From the NCBI GenBank assembly GCA_964459665.1, contig CAYWNO010000002.1, positions 1-27,464 on the forward strand: a stretch of DNA of 27,464 nucleotides, written 5' to 3'. Every line of letters begins with the position of its first letter. Positions within the stretch are counted from its first letter, which is position 1. This document shows, piece by piece, positions 8,154 to 16,452 of the stretch. The stretch comes from an uncultured Methanosarcinales archaeon. GTDB taxonomy: Archaea; Nanobdellota; Nanobdellia; Woesearchaeales; GW2011-AR4. The position numbers were made by a program, and so were the translations under genes. Below the pieces are notes generated by a model. The model worked only from the letters and a program-made list of their open reading frames with translations. It had not been told where the DNA came from and ran no database searches.

Positions 8154-10868
8154 ATGACAGAACAAACAAAAGAACAAGCAAAGGAACAGGCAGAAGATAA
8201 AACAACAGAAGAAGAAATAAAGGAAGTAAAGGAAGCCATCGAAGGTAAGCAAGAAAAGCTTGAAAGAATAGAGCAGGAAGAGCAGCATATTTACAAGCAG
8301 GTGAGGAGCATTGCGTTTTCGGTTCTCAGCCCGAAGATGATTAAGAAAATGGCGTCTGCAAAAATAGTAACCCCTGAGCTTTACGACAAGGAAGGCTACC
8401 CTGTTGACGGCGGCCTTATGGATATAAGGCTTGGCGTTATTGACCCGGGATTAAGATGCAAGACCTGCGGCTCAAAGCTAAAGGAGTGCATAGGGCATTT
8501 TGGATATATAGAACTGGCAAGGCCAATCATACATATAAAATTCGTAAACATAATCATGACTTTGATGAAATGCACCTGCAGGGAATGCGGAAGAATATTG
8601 ATACAGGAGAGCAAGATAAGCAAAATAAAAGAAACTCTTGACCAGATTGAAAAAGGCAGCGGCGTTGAGGAAAGAAGGCAGAAAATCAAGGAGATTATTG
8701 CAAGCTTAAAGACGGTAAACAAGTGCCCGCACTGCAAGAGCAAGCAGAAGAGATTAAGCCTTGAAAAGCCAACCACATTCATAGAAGAGGAAAAAAGGAT
8801 CAGCCCCATTGAAATAAGGGCGAGGCTCGAGAAGATTCCTGATGCAGACTGCGAGATATTTGGATTAAGGGTTCCGCATGTAAGGCCCGAATGGATGATT
8901 TTTATGGTTCTTCCGATACCTCCTGTAACCATGAGGCCCAGCATAACCCTTGAGAGCGGGGAGAGAAGCGAGGATGACCTTACGCACAAGATGGGGGATA
9001 TTGTGAGGATAAACCAAAGGCTGTTTGAAAACATAAATGCAGGAGCGCCTGAAATAATAGTCGAGGATTTGTGGGACTTGCTCCAGTATCACGTAACGAC
9101 TTTTTTTGACAATAATGTTGCGCAGCTTCCGCCGGCAAGGCACAGGAGCGGACAGCCATTAAAAACCCTCACAGAGAGGATAAAAAGCAAGGAGGGAAGA
9201 ATAAGGCATAACCTTGCAGGCAAAAGAACGAATTTCTCCGCAAGGACAGTAATAAGCCCGGACCCAATGCTTGAGCTTTTTGAAGTCGGTGTGCCTTTTG
9301 TTATCGCAACAAAGCTTACAGTTCCTGAAAGAGTAAACGAATGGAACATCCAATACCTCAAGGCTTTTGTAGAAAGAGGGCATGACAAGTATCCCGGAGC
9401 AAACTACATAATAAGGCCCGACGGGAAGAAAAAGAAGATAACAGAGGAGACAAAAGAGGCTTCAATTGAGGAATTGCAGCCTGGCTACATTGTTGAGAGA
9501 CATTTGATGGACGGCGACATTGCCATATTCAACAGGCAGCCGTCGCTGCACAGGATGAGCATGATGTGCCATCGGGTAAAGGTATTGCCCGGAAAGACAC
9601 TAAGGCTTAATCCTGCCGTATGCACTCCCTACAACGCAGACTTCGACGGGGATGAGATGAACCTTCACATACCGCAGACAGAAGAAGCGAGGGCAGAGGC
9701 AGAAATCCTGATGGAAGTGCAAACGCAGCTTATATCATTAAGATACGGGCTTAGCATAATAGGGTGCACACAGGACGCAATCTCGGGCAATTACACTTTA
9801 ACCAAAGAGGATTCAATAAAAAGGGAAGAAGCCATAGACTTGCTGTCTGCAGTTGGCATCAGGGATTTCTCGAAGCTTCCAAAAAAAGCCATTGTCACGG
9901 GCAAGGAAGTTTTCGGATCCTTGCTGCCGGATGATTTTAGCTACAGCGGACACTCGCGATTATGTGACAGGTCAAAGGATAAGTGCGACAAAGATACCCA
10001 TGTCGTGGTTGAAAGCGGAAAAATGATTTCAGGAGTTATGGATAGGAGCTCTATTGGAGAGGAATCGGGATTGATGCTAAGGAGCCTTCATCAAAAATAC
10101 GGCAAGGACCGCAGCATTGATATGCTCGGAAAGATTTTCAGGCTGGGCATAGAGTATCTTTTCAGGAAAGGATTCACATCAGCATTGTCAGACACGGATT
10201 TGCCCGAGTCCGCAAAATTGAAAATGAATGAAGATCTCGATGCTGCCAAGAAGGAAGTGGACAGCCTGATTGCGCTTTTCAGGGAAGGCAAGCTCGATAC
10301 ATTCCCGGGAAAGACAATGCAGGAAACATTGGAGCTTAGGATACTTGAAGTTTTGAACAAGGCGAGAAACGAGACAGGAAGGACGGTTGCAACATACGCC
10401 GACAAAAAATCAAACACTATGGTCATGGCGGAATCGGGAGCAAGAGGCAACCTTCTAAACCTTGCCCAGATGGCTGCGTGTGTAGGCCAGCAGGCAATGA
10501 GAGGAAAGAGGATAGAAAAAGGGTTCGAGCGAAGAACCACTTCTCATTTCAAGAAAGATGATTTAAGCCCGGAAGCCCGCGGCTTTATAAGGAACGGATT
10601 CAAGACTGGGCTTACGCCTGCAGAATTCTTCTTCGGAGCAATGACCGGAAGGGACTCTTTAATGGATACAGCCTTAAGAACGCCAAAAAGCGGCTACTTG
10701 TACAGAAGGCTTGCAAACTCAATGCAGGACTTGAAAGTTGAATATGACAATACCGTAAGGGACTCTTCCAGAAAAATAATCCAGTTCGAGTACGGCGAGG
10801 ACAGCATTGATGTCTCGAAATCAGAGAATGGGGTTATTAATGTGAAGAGGATTATAAGCTCGGTTTAG
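8154..10868 (+). CDS. rpoA1: DNA-directed RNA polymerase subunit A' (Rpo1N)
   Basis: CKTC...CIGHFG Zn site, catalytic YNADFDGDEMN, bridge helix DTALRTPKSGYLYRRL; GAGGA RBS. Confidence 0.97.
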   Translation: MTEQTKEQAKEQAEDKTTEEEIKEVKEAIEGKQEKLERIEQEEQHIYKQVRSIAFSVLSPKMIKKMASAKIVTPELYDKEGYPVDGGLMDIRLGVIDPGLRCKTCGSKLKECIGHFGYIELARPIIHIKFVNIIMTLMKCTCRECGRILIQESKISKIKETLDQIEKGSGVEERRQKIKEIIASLKTVNKCPHCKSKQKRLSLEKPTTFIEEEKRISPIEIRARLEKIPDADCEIFGLRVPHVRPEWMIFMVLPIPPVTMRPSITLESGERSEDDLTHKMGDIVRINQRLFENINAGAPEIIVEDLWDLLQYHVTTFFDNNVAQLPPARHRSGQPLKTLTERIKSKEGRIRHNLAGKRTNFSARTVISPDPMLELFEVGVPFVIATKLTVPERVNEWNIQYLKAFVERGHDKYPGANYIIRPDGKKKKITEETKEASIEELQPGYIVERHLMDGDIAIFNRQPSLHRMSMMCHRVKVLPGKTLRLNPAVCTPYNADFDGDEMNLHIPQTEEARAEAEILMEVQTQLISLRYGLSIIGCTQDAISGNYTLTKEDSIKREEAIDLLSAVGIRDFSKLPKKAIVTGKEVFGSLLPDDFSYSGHSRLCDRSKDKCDKDTHVVVESGKMISGVMDRSSIGEESGLMLRSLHQKYGKDRSIDMLGKIFRLGIEYLFRKGFTSALSDTDLPESAKLKMNEDLDAAKKEVDSLIALFREGKLDTFPGKTMQETLELRILEVLNKARNETGRTVATYADKKSNTMVMAESGARGNLLNLAQMAACVGQQAMRGKRIEKGFERRTTSHFKKDDLSPEARGFIRNGFKTGLTPAEFFFGAMTGRDSLMDTALRTPKSGYLYRRLANSMQDLKVEYDNTVRDSSRKIIQFEYGEDSIDVSKSENGVINVKRIISSV

Positions 10869-10897
10869 ATTTGAAAGGAAACTGTGAAACTTCAGTA

Positions 10898-10917
10898 ATA
10901 TAAAAACATATAAAAAC
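10898..10917 (+). promoter_or_regulatory. Tandem ATATAAAAAC x2; the distal copy is a candidate TATA box for tRNA-Gln
   Basis: TATAAAA at 10909-10915 lies about 26-32 nt upstream of the tRNA 5' end. Confidence 0.5.
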
Positions 10918-10940
10918 AAATACTTATTCTTTTTGCCTGC

Positions 10941-11034
10941 AGCCCCGTAGTGTAGCGGTCAATCTCCCGTTAAGGAAGACTAAGCATACGAGCCTCTGGA
11001 GCTTGTGACGGCAGTTCGAATCTGCCCGGGGCTA
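10941..11034 (+). tRNA. tRNA-Gln(CTG) with a 21-nt D-loop intron (10963-10983, 21/22)
   Basis: Spliced 73-mer AGCCCCGUAGUGUAGCGGUCAA-GCAUACGAGCCUCUGGAGCUUGUGACGGCAGUUCGAAUCUGCCCGGGGCUA; anticodon at 10996-10998; central helix GGUC/GACU with 3-nt bulges. Confidence 0.92.
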
Positions 11035-11253
11035 TTTTTTGGAGATGAACAACTATTGGTTGCTATCCGATTGATAGAAAATGTTATTGAAAACCATTAT
11101 TCTATCCAAAGCAAAATTCAAAATTTAAAATCAAGAAAATTTAATAAAAAGACTACCTGAGTAAAATTATTCTTTGGGTATTATAATTAGACATATTACT
11201 TGACCCAAATCCTCTTATTTACCTGCTCGTGCATACCTTTTATCTGGCAAATC

Positions 11254-11319
11254 TTAAAAATCCTTCCTGCTTATTTTTAAGTCGTGTTTGACTATTTTAT
11301 TGAGGAGTCCTCTGTCTAA
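11254..11319 (-). pseudogene. C-terminal remnant resembling a HicA-family toxin
   Basis: Reads LDRGLLNKIVKHDLKISRKDF*, similar to the recalled HicA C-terminal pattern (ELDRGxLxxIxKxxxISREEF); no start codon or N-terminal half. Confidence 0.4.
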
Positions 11320-11344
11320 TCTGTCGCCGCAAAGGCGACGGATT
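11318..11344. terminator. GC-rich hairpin between convergent tRNA-Gln and lhr
   Basis: AATCTGTCGCC-GCAAA-GGCGACGGATT followed by a T-rich tract on the + strand. Confidence 0.45.
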
Positions 11345-11391
11345 AAAATTTTTATTTTTTGTATTAACCTTAATGTTGATTACTAATAGCG

Positions 11392-13986
11392 CTAAACCTT
11401 TTTCTCCATCTTAATCCTCGCCATCACCTGCTCGTGCATCCTTTTTATGAACTCTGTTTTGTCCTCTATCTTCATGATATCGGTAAATCCCTGAAGTATC
11501 AGGTTGAATGCGAAAGGCGATGGCATGCTGGTGTGCGTTTCTTTTAGGAGAATCATCTTCTTTTCCATTCCTTCTATGACTTTTGCGGCATTTTCCACAT
11601 CCATCAAATCCTCTAAAACTTCCCTTCTTGCCTCCTTTAGTATGCAAAAATTCGCATCTATCTGCCTTACGGCATTAAGAAGAATCATTGAGCTTACCTG
11701 CTGCCTTCCGACTCTTTTTTGGTGCCCCTTGTAGTTTCTTAGTATCATCATTGCGCGCGATGCGCAGTGCCTGAATCTTCTTTTAAGAATTTCCGTATTC
11801 TCGATTGCCATATCCATAATCTTTCTTGCGTCTTTTGACTTTATCAGGCTAAGCGCATGCATCACGTTCACGCTTTTCTCCGAGCCCACATAAAACCCGT
11901 TGTCGTTGATTCCTATCTCCACATCCCTGTGATGGGTCCTTGCAATCGCAAATGCAACCGCCCTCGAGAGGCAGTCATTGACCCTCCTTCCGAAAAGCGT
12001 GTGGAATATCACGTATTTTCTCTTGCTTTTTTCATCAGAATAATGCTCTGCTATGATTCTCGAATGCGACGGCACTTCCGAATAATTGAACTGCTCGTAG
12101 AAATACTCATAGATTGATTCGGCGGAATTATCATCAACATACAAATATCCAAAAATGAAATCCAAAATTTCATTTTTGGCTTTATTTGAGCAGAAAAGCT
12201 CATTCATAAGCTTCCTGAACCTGCCTATGTCCAATGCAAGCTCGAAGCTCAAAGGCAGCATTTCCGAAAACCAAGACGGGATTGTAGGCGGCCTTATTAC
12301 CGAGGCATTTACATAAGCTACCATCCCCTTTGCATACAAGAATTCGTATTTTTCCCCACCAAGCACAAATACATCCCCTCTTTTTAATTTTTCAAGAAAC
12401 CCCTCGTCGATTGCCCCAATCGGCTGCTGTCCGACTTTTACGGTTATGTAAGACTCTTCGGGAATCGTTCCTATGTTTGTCATGTAAATTACCCTGCTCA
12501 TCTTTCCCTTCTTTCCAAGCTCGCCTGTTTCCTCGTTGTACCATACCTTTGCATAGATGTGCCTATCTTCCAGTGAGATGTACCTTCCTGCAAGATATTC
12601 CACGACCTGCATAAAATCCTTCCATTCAAGCTCGTGATAAGAGTAGCTTTGCTTTATCAGGCTGAACAATTCCTTCAAGTTCCATTTCTGCTCAAGCGAC
12701 ATTCCGTGAATCTGCTGCGCCAGCACATCAAGGCAGTTTCTCGGTATGTGTATTTTATCAATTCTTTTTTCAATGGCTGATTTTAGAAGAATTGCGCACT
12801 CAACCAAATCATCCCTGTCTACAACTATTATTCTTGCCTTTACAGTTTCATGCAGCTTATGGCCTGACCTTCCCGCCCTCTGCAGGAACCTTGCAACTGA
12901 TTTTGGGGAGCCAAGGCAAATAACAAGGTCTATGTAGCCTATGTCTATTCCAAGCTCAAGGGACGTGCTCGAAACAATTGCCTTTAGCTCTCCTTTCCTT
13001 AGGCGATTTTCAATATTTTGCCTTAGCTCCTTTGATAAAGAGCCGTGATGCGCCCCGATATTTTCCGTGTATTTTTTCGGATATTTCTCTTTTAAGTGAT
13101 GGATGACCCTTTCAGTTGCAGACCTTGTGTTCGTAAAAATCAGGGTTGTGCTGTGGCTTTGGATTAAATCATCAATCAATGTGTACATTGAGTTGTGCAT
13201 TATGGCGTGCTCGATTCCAACAAGGCTTGGAACCGGAGATAAAACCTTCAGGTCCATCTCTTTTATGAACTGCACGTCAACAATCTTGCAGCCCCTCAAT
13301 TTTCCGTTTTCATAGCCAACGAGGAATTTTGCAATCTCCTCCAAAGGCGCAATAGTTGCGCTAAGCCCGATTCTCGTCATTGACGGCGACATATTATTGA
13401 GCCTCTCGACAGACAATGACAAGTGAACGCCCCTCTTGTTTTCAGCCAGCGCATGAATCTCGTCTATTATGAGCCATTCGACATTTTTTAAAAGCTCCCT
13501 GAATTTTATCGAGGTTATCATTATGGCAAGGCTTTCAGGAGTTGTTATCAGTATATGCGGCGGGTGGGCAAGCATGCCTGCCTTTTCGGAAGCGGACGTA
13601 TCGCCTGTCCTAACGCTTGCCCTTATGTTCAGTTTCTTTCCTGCAATCTTTTCCATTTCCTTTAGGGGTTCTACAAGGTTTACGTGAATATCGTTGCTTA
13701 GCGCTTTCAGTGGGCTTACATAAACGCAGTAAACCCTGTTTTCAAGGATTCCTTTTTCGCTTGAGTCAACCAACTCGTTTAATATGGACAAGAATGCAGT
13801 AAGGGTTTTTGTAGCGCCTGTTGGCGCGCTTACAAGAATATTATTTCTCGAATGAATCTGCATGACGCCAAAAAGCTGCGGCAGCGAAAACTCCCGAAAT
13901 CTTGTAAAGAACCATTTATCTATCAGGGGATTAAGTATGTGCCTTACTTCCTGCGGTTTGAATGGCTGTTCTATGCGCTCTATCAT
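11392..13986 (-). CDS. lhr: ATP-dependent SF2 helicase Lhr (Lhr-core size)
   Basis: VYVSPLKALSNDI, ILITTPESL, DEIH, GLSAT, HHGSLS, TSLELGIDIG, QRAGRSGH; variant Walker A SAPTGATKT. Confidence 0.93.
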   Translation of the reverse strand: MIERIEQPFKPQEVRHILNPLIDKWFFTRFREFSLPQLFGVMQIHSRNNILVSAPTGATKTLTAFLSILNELVDSSEKGILENRVYCVYVSPLKALSNDIHVNLVEPLKEMEKIAGKKLNIRASVRTGDTSASEKAGMLAHPPHILITTPESLAIMITSIKFRELLKNVEWLIIDEIHALAENKRGVHLSLSVERLNNMSPSMTRIGLSATIAPLEEIAKFLVGYENGKLRGCKIVDVQFIKEMDLKVLSPVPSLVGIEHAIMHNSMYTLIDDLIQSHSTTLIFTNTRSATERVIHHLKEKYPKKYTENIGAHHGSLSKELRQNIENRLRKGELKAIVSSTSLELGIDIGYIDLVICLGSPKSVARFLQRAGRSGHKLHETVKARIIVVDRDDLVECAILLKSAIEKRIDKIHIPRNCLDVLAQQIHGMSLEQKWNLKELFSLIKQSYSYHELEWKDFMQVVEYLAGRYISLEDRHIYAKVWYNEETGELGKKGKMSRVIYMTNIGTIPEESYITVKVGQQPIGAIDEGFLEKLKRGDVFVLGGEKYEFLYAKGMVAYVNASVIRPPTIPSWFSEMLPLSFELALDIGRFRKLMNELFCSNKAKNEILDFIFGYLYVDDNSAESIYEYFYEQFNYSEVPSHSRIIAEHYSDEKSKRKYVIFHTLFGRRVNDCLSRAVAFAIARTHHRDVEIGINDNGFYVGSEKSVNVMHALSLIKSKDARKIMDMAIENTEILKRRFRHCASRAMMILRNYKGHQKRVGRQQVSSMILLNAVRQIDANFCILKEARREVLEDLMDVENAAKVIEGMEKKMILLKETHTSMPSPFAFNLILQGFTDIMKIEDKTEFIKRMHEQVMARIKMEKKV

Positions 13987-14022
13987 TTTAATTGCACTTC
14001 ATTTAGAATTGGATTATTCTTT

Positions 14023-14069
14023 AGAGAACTTTGAAAAATTCGCTTTTCAGGCAAATTTTTCAACTTATA
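14023..14069. repeat. Family-1 palindrome AGAGAACTTTGAAAAATTCGCTTTTCAGGCAAATTTTTCAACTTATA
   Basis: Its reverse complement matches 25439-25485 at 44/47 nt. Confidence 0.9.
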
Positions 14070-14079
14070 ATCTACATAA

Positions 14080-14493
14080 TTATTCATCATTGCTTTTTTT
14101 CTTCTTGCCTGATTTTAGCTTCTTGGTAAGCCCAATCTTCTCCTTGCATTTCTGGCATTCAAAAATATAGGACGGCACGCCTTCAAAATTTTTTCTCTCA
14201 TATTTGGATGTGGTTTTTCCATCATTTCCGCAGTGCGGGCATTTGTATTCAACATTAATGGTGAGGCTGCTTTCAACATCTTCATTTTTCTCCTCGTAAC
14301 TGCAGCTTTTGCATACATAAATCGGGGATTTTTTATCAGGCTTTCCGCTTTTGGAAGATGGCTTTCTTAGCGCATCCTTGCCGCATTTTGGGCATTCTTT
14401 GCGAAGAACCCATGCCATAGCCCTGCCTGAACCTATTGTCCTGTTCGTGAAGTACACGCAATCTTCCATGCTAGTTGGCTTCTTTAATTCCAT
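14080..14493 (-). CDS. Basic Zn-ribbon protein with four CxxC pairs
   Basis: CPKC, CKSC, CPHC and CQKC in 137 aa; Lys-rich tail. Confidence 0.85.
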   Translation of the reverse strand: MELKKPTSMEDCVYFTNRTIGSGRAMAWVLRKECPKCGKDALRKPSSKSGKPDKKSPIYVCKSCSYEEKNEDVESSLTINVEYKCPHCGNDGKTTSKYERKNFEGVPSYIFECQKCKEKIGLTKKLKSGKKKKSNDE

Positions 14494-15169
14494 TTTCGTC
14501 TATCCCACTTTCTTTTTTCCATATACCAACCGCTTCGTCATAAGTCAGGCTTTTTATTTTATCTTCGCTTAATCCCCCTTCTTTTTTAAATTGCTGCCTG
14601 TATATTTCAAGTGTTACATTCTCCGGGCAAAAATAATCTATTATATTTGAGTCCTTACTGGCATCTTTTGATATCTGGTAAAAAGTTGCATTGAGAAACA
14701 AGGCGTTTTTCTCCGATAAGCCTGCGAGCTTTGATTCCTTAGGATACTTGCCGACGAACTCTATTAGCAAACCAACCGCTTCAAATCCTTTTAAGGCTGA
14801 CTGGTTTCTTAGGTGCGCCGACTCCAATATGAGCGGCCTTAATTTGCACCCAAAGCCTTTTTTTGTGGTTCCTGCATCTCCATACTTCTGGCTTTGTATG
14901 TAAATTTTTTCAGCTTCAAGGTTAAGCTCCCTGTAGCCAATGGCATAATCAAACTGCTCCTGTCCGGATCTTAATTTAGCAGACTTCAGGCGCGACAAGT
15001 CACCTAGCATCTGCTCAATATCCTTTATGTTTTTAGGGTAGATTTCTGAGCTTGAATTATACTTTGAGTCCAGGCCATCAATCTGCTTCATCCCGTAATC
15101 AAAGTCTTTTGCCTGAGCGCATCCTGCAATAAGCAGCAATATGGCAATTAAAAAATTTTTCCTCTCCAT
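14471..15169 (-). CDS. Putative lipoprotein / secreted hypothetical protein
   Basis: MERKNFLIAILLLIAGC lipobox-like N-terminus; TTTATAAA about 32 nt upstream. Confidence 0.75.
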   Translation of the reverse strand: MERKNFLIAILLLIAGCAQAKDFDYGMKQIDGLDSKYNSSSEIYPKNIKDIEQMLGDLSRLKSAKLRSGQEQFDYAIGYRELNLEAEKIYIQSQKYGDAGTTKKGFGCKLRPLILESAHLRNQSALKGFEAVGLLIEFVGKYPKESKLAGLSEKNALFLNATFYQISKDASKDSNIIDYFCPENVTLEIYRQQFKKEGGLSEDKIKSLTYDEAVGIWKKESGIDENGIKEAN

Positions 15170-15269
15170 TTTTGCCCAATAAACAAAGAATTTTTAGCCA
15201 TTTATAAATCTTATGAGGGCTTGTATGTATTAAGCTAAAGGGAAAGCCGGCATTTAGATGCCTATTATA

Positions 15270-15356
15270 TATAGAGGACTTTGAATAACCCCCTGTATTT
15301 ATAAAGTAAATGCAGTTTATTTATAAATGGAATAGGGTTATTCAAAACTCTCTATA
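15270..15356. mobile_element. 87-bp MITE-like element, TATA-bounded, ~22-bp imperfect TIRs
   Basis: Left end TATAGAGGACTTTGAATAACCC, right end GGGTTATTCAAAACTCTCTATA; 86/87 identical to the reverse complement of 19871-19957. Confidence 0.8.
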
Positions 15357-15376
15357 GCTTAATACATACGAGGGCT

Positions 15377-15409
15377 TTGAAAAATTCGCCTGAAAAGCGA
15401 ATTTTTCAA
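15377..15409. repeat. Family-1 palindrome TTGAAAAATTCGCCTGAAAAGCGAATTTTTCAA
   Basis: Same core as 17434-17466; contains the TGA stop of the MNT-HEPN gene. Confidence 0.9.
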
Positions 15410-16248
15410 CTATGCTCAATAATCTTTCTCATCCTGTGCACGAAGTCTTCTGCAATCTTGTAGCGCCTGTCGAATTCCTCGCCCTTGATTTCGACAATTT
15501 CGCGATGCGTAACCATCTTCATCAGCTTGTAGAAATCCCTCATTATCACAACGTACTTGTGCTCAAGCATTCTGTGCCTCACGAGCTTTTGCTCCATGAG
15601 ATCTGCTACATGCTCCGGCGTCGGAGGAATCTCTCCTATCTTCATCAATGCGGCATGCGCCGCATCTATCACTGCCCAGTACAGGTCAATTACTCCCTGA
15701 AGCAGGTGCCATTTTGAATTATGCAGCGTATTGGGCGCCCTTGCATAGTAGGTCCATATGCTCTCCTGCGTTGGCCTTACTCTGCCTCTCTTAAGAAGCG
15801 CCTGCATCGGATCAAAAAACCCGGAATCGATCAAGGCTACCCCGTCCCGAAGAAGGTTTATTGCTATAGGGTCGCCGTTTCTCATGTATTCCCAAAACGA
15901 AGTGAACCTCATAGTTGTTATGTGCAGTTTAGTGGAAACCCTTACAATGGATTTTTGGACAATCAGCCTGTATGCCTCGACTAATTCAGGAGATATGCTC
16001 ATCATAATATCATCTATGATGATAAGAATGTCTATATCCCCTCCCGCTCCCTTGGTTCTTCTTGCAGTCGAGCCGAATATTACAACTGCCCTTATGAATC
16101 CGCCAAGCTCTTTATAGATTTCATTCGCAAACCTATATGAGACTTCAATATCCTCTTTGTAATACCTTTCAAGATTTGGATGCTCTTTTTTAGGAATGTC
16201 GAATTTCATGGAAAAAATCAGCTCTTTTGGAGTTGATTTTTTCCCCAT
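15406..16248 (-). CDS. Minimal nucleotidyltransferase (MNT) fused to a HEPN-like domain
   Basis: FGSTARR...GDIDILIIIDD Pol-beta-type motif; helical C-terminal domain (AAHAALM...FYKLMKMVTH). Start at 16248 or 16209. Confidence 0.8.
   Translation of the reverse strand: MGKKSTPKELIFSMKFDIPKKEHPNLERYYKEDIEVSYRFANEIYKELGGFIRAVVIFGSTARRTKGAGGDIDILIIIDDIMMSISPELVEAYRLIVQKSIVRVSTKLHITTMRFTSFWEYMRNGDPIAINLLRDGVALIDSGFFDPMQALLKRGRVRPTQESIWTYYARAPNTLHNSKWHLLQGVIDLYWAVIDAAHAALMKIGEIPPTPEHVADLMEQKLVRHRMLEHKYVVIMRDFYKLMKMVTHREIVEIKGEEFDRRYKIAEDFVHRMRKIIEHS
16211..16243. repeat. Family-2 short palindrome GAAAAAATCAGCTC-TTTTG-GAGTTGATTTTTTC
   Basis: Arms match those of 25347-25383 and the 16.3/25.7 kb elements. 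Confidence 0.75.
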
Positions 16249-16305
16249 CTTTAAAATGTTTTGTTGTTGTTCGGGAATGATGACACAAATGTTTAAAAGC
16301 AACTA

Positions 16306-16411
16306 AAGAGAACTTTGAAAAAATCAATGTTTTTAGTCGAACGCGTGCGAGCGAACCCGATTCGCTCGCATGTCCCAAAATTGATTTTTCAGCGAATTTT
16401 TCAAACTTCTC
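16306..16411. repeat. Composite element: family-1/MITE-type ends around the family-2 60-bp core
   Basis: Left end AGAGAACTTTGAAAAAATCAAT; 16330-16389 identical to 25739-25798; right end AGCGAATTTTTCAAACTTCTCT as at 25464-25485. Confidence 0.88.
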
Positions 16412-16452
16412 TTAAACATAAAATTATAAACACAACAAAAAGACTTTTTAGC

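Noticed and set aside
736-10540. Many antisense or alternative-frame ORFs inside the rpo genes (e.g. 2133-2771, 8396-9034, 10091-10540)
   Set aside because: Shadow ORFs of conserved genes with no recognisable motifs.
13862-14170. ORFs 13862-14170 (+) and 25389-25649 (-) sharing the peptide FEKFAFQANFSTY
   Set aside because: The shared peptide is just the translated family-1 palindrome; the first ORF overlaps lhr and the Zn-ribbon gene, and the second overlaps an AbrB gene on the opposite strand.
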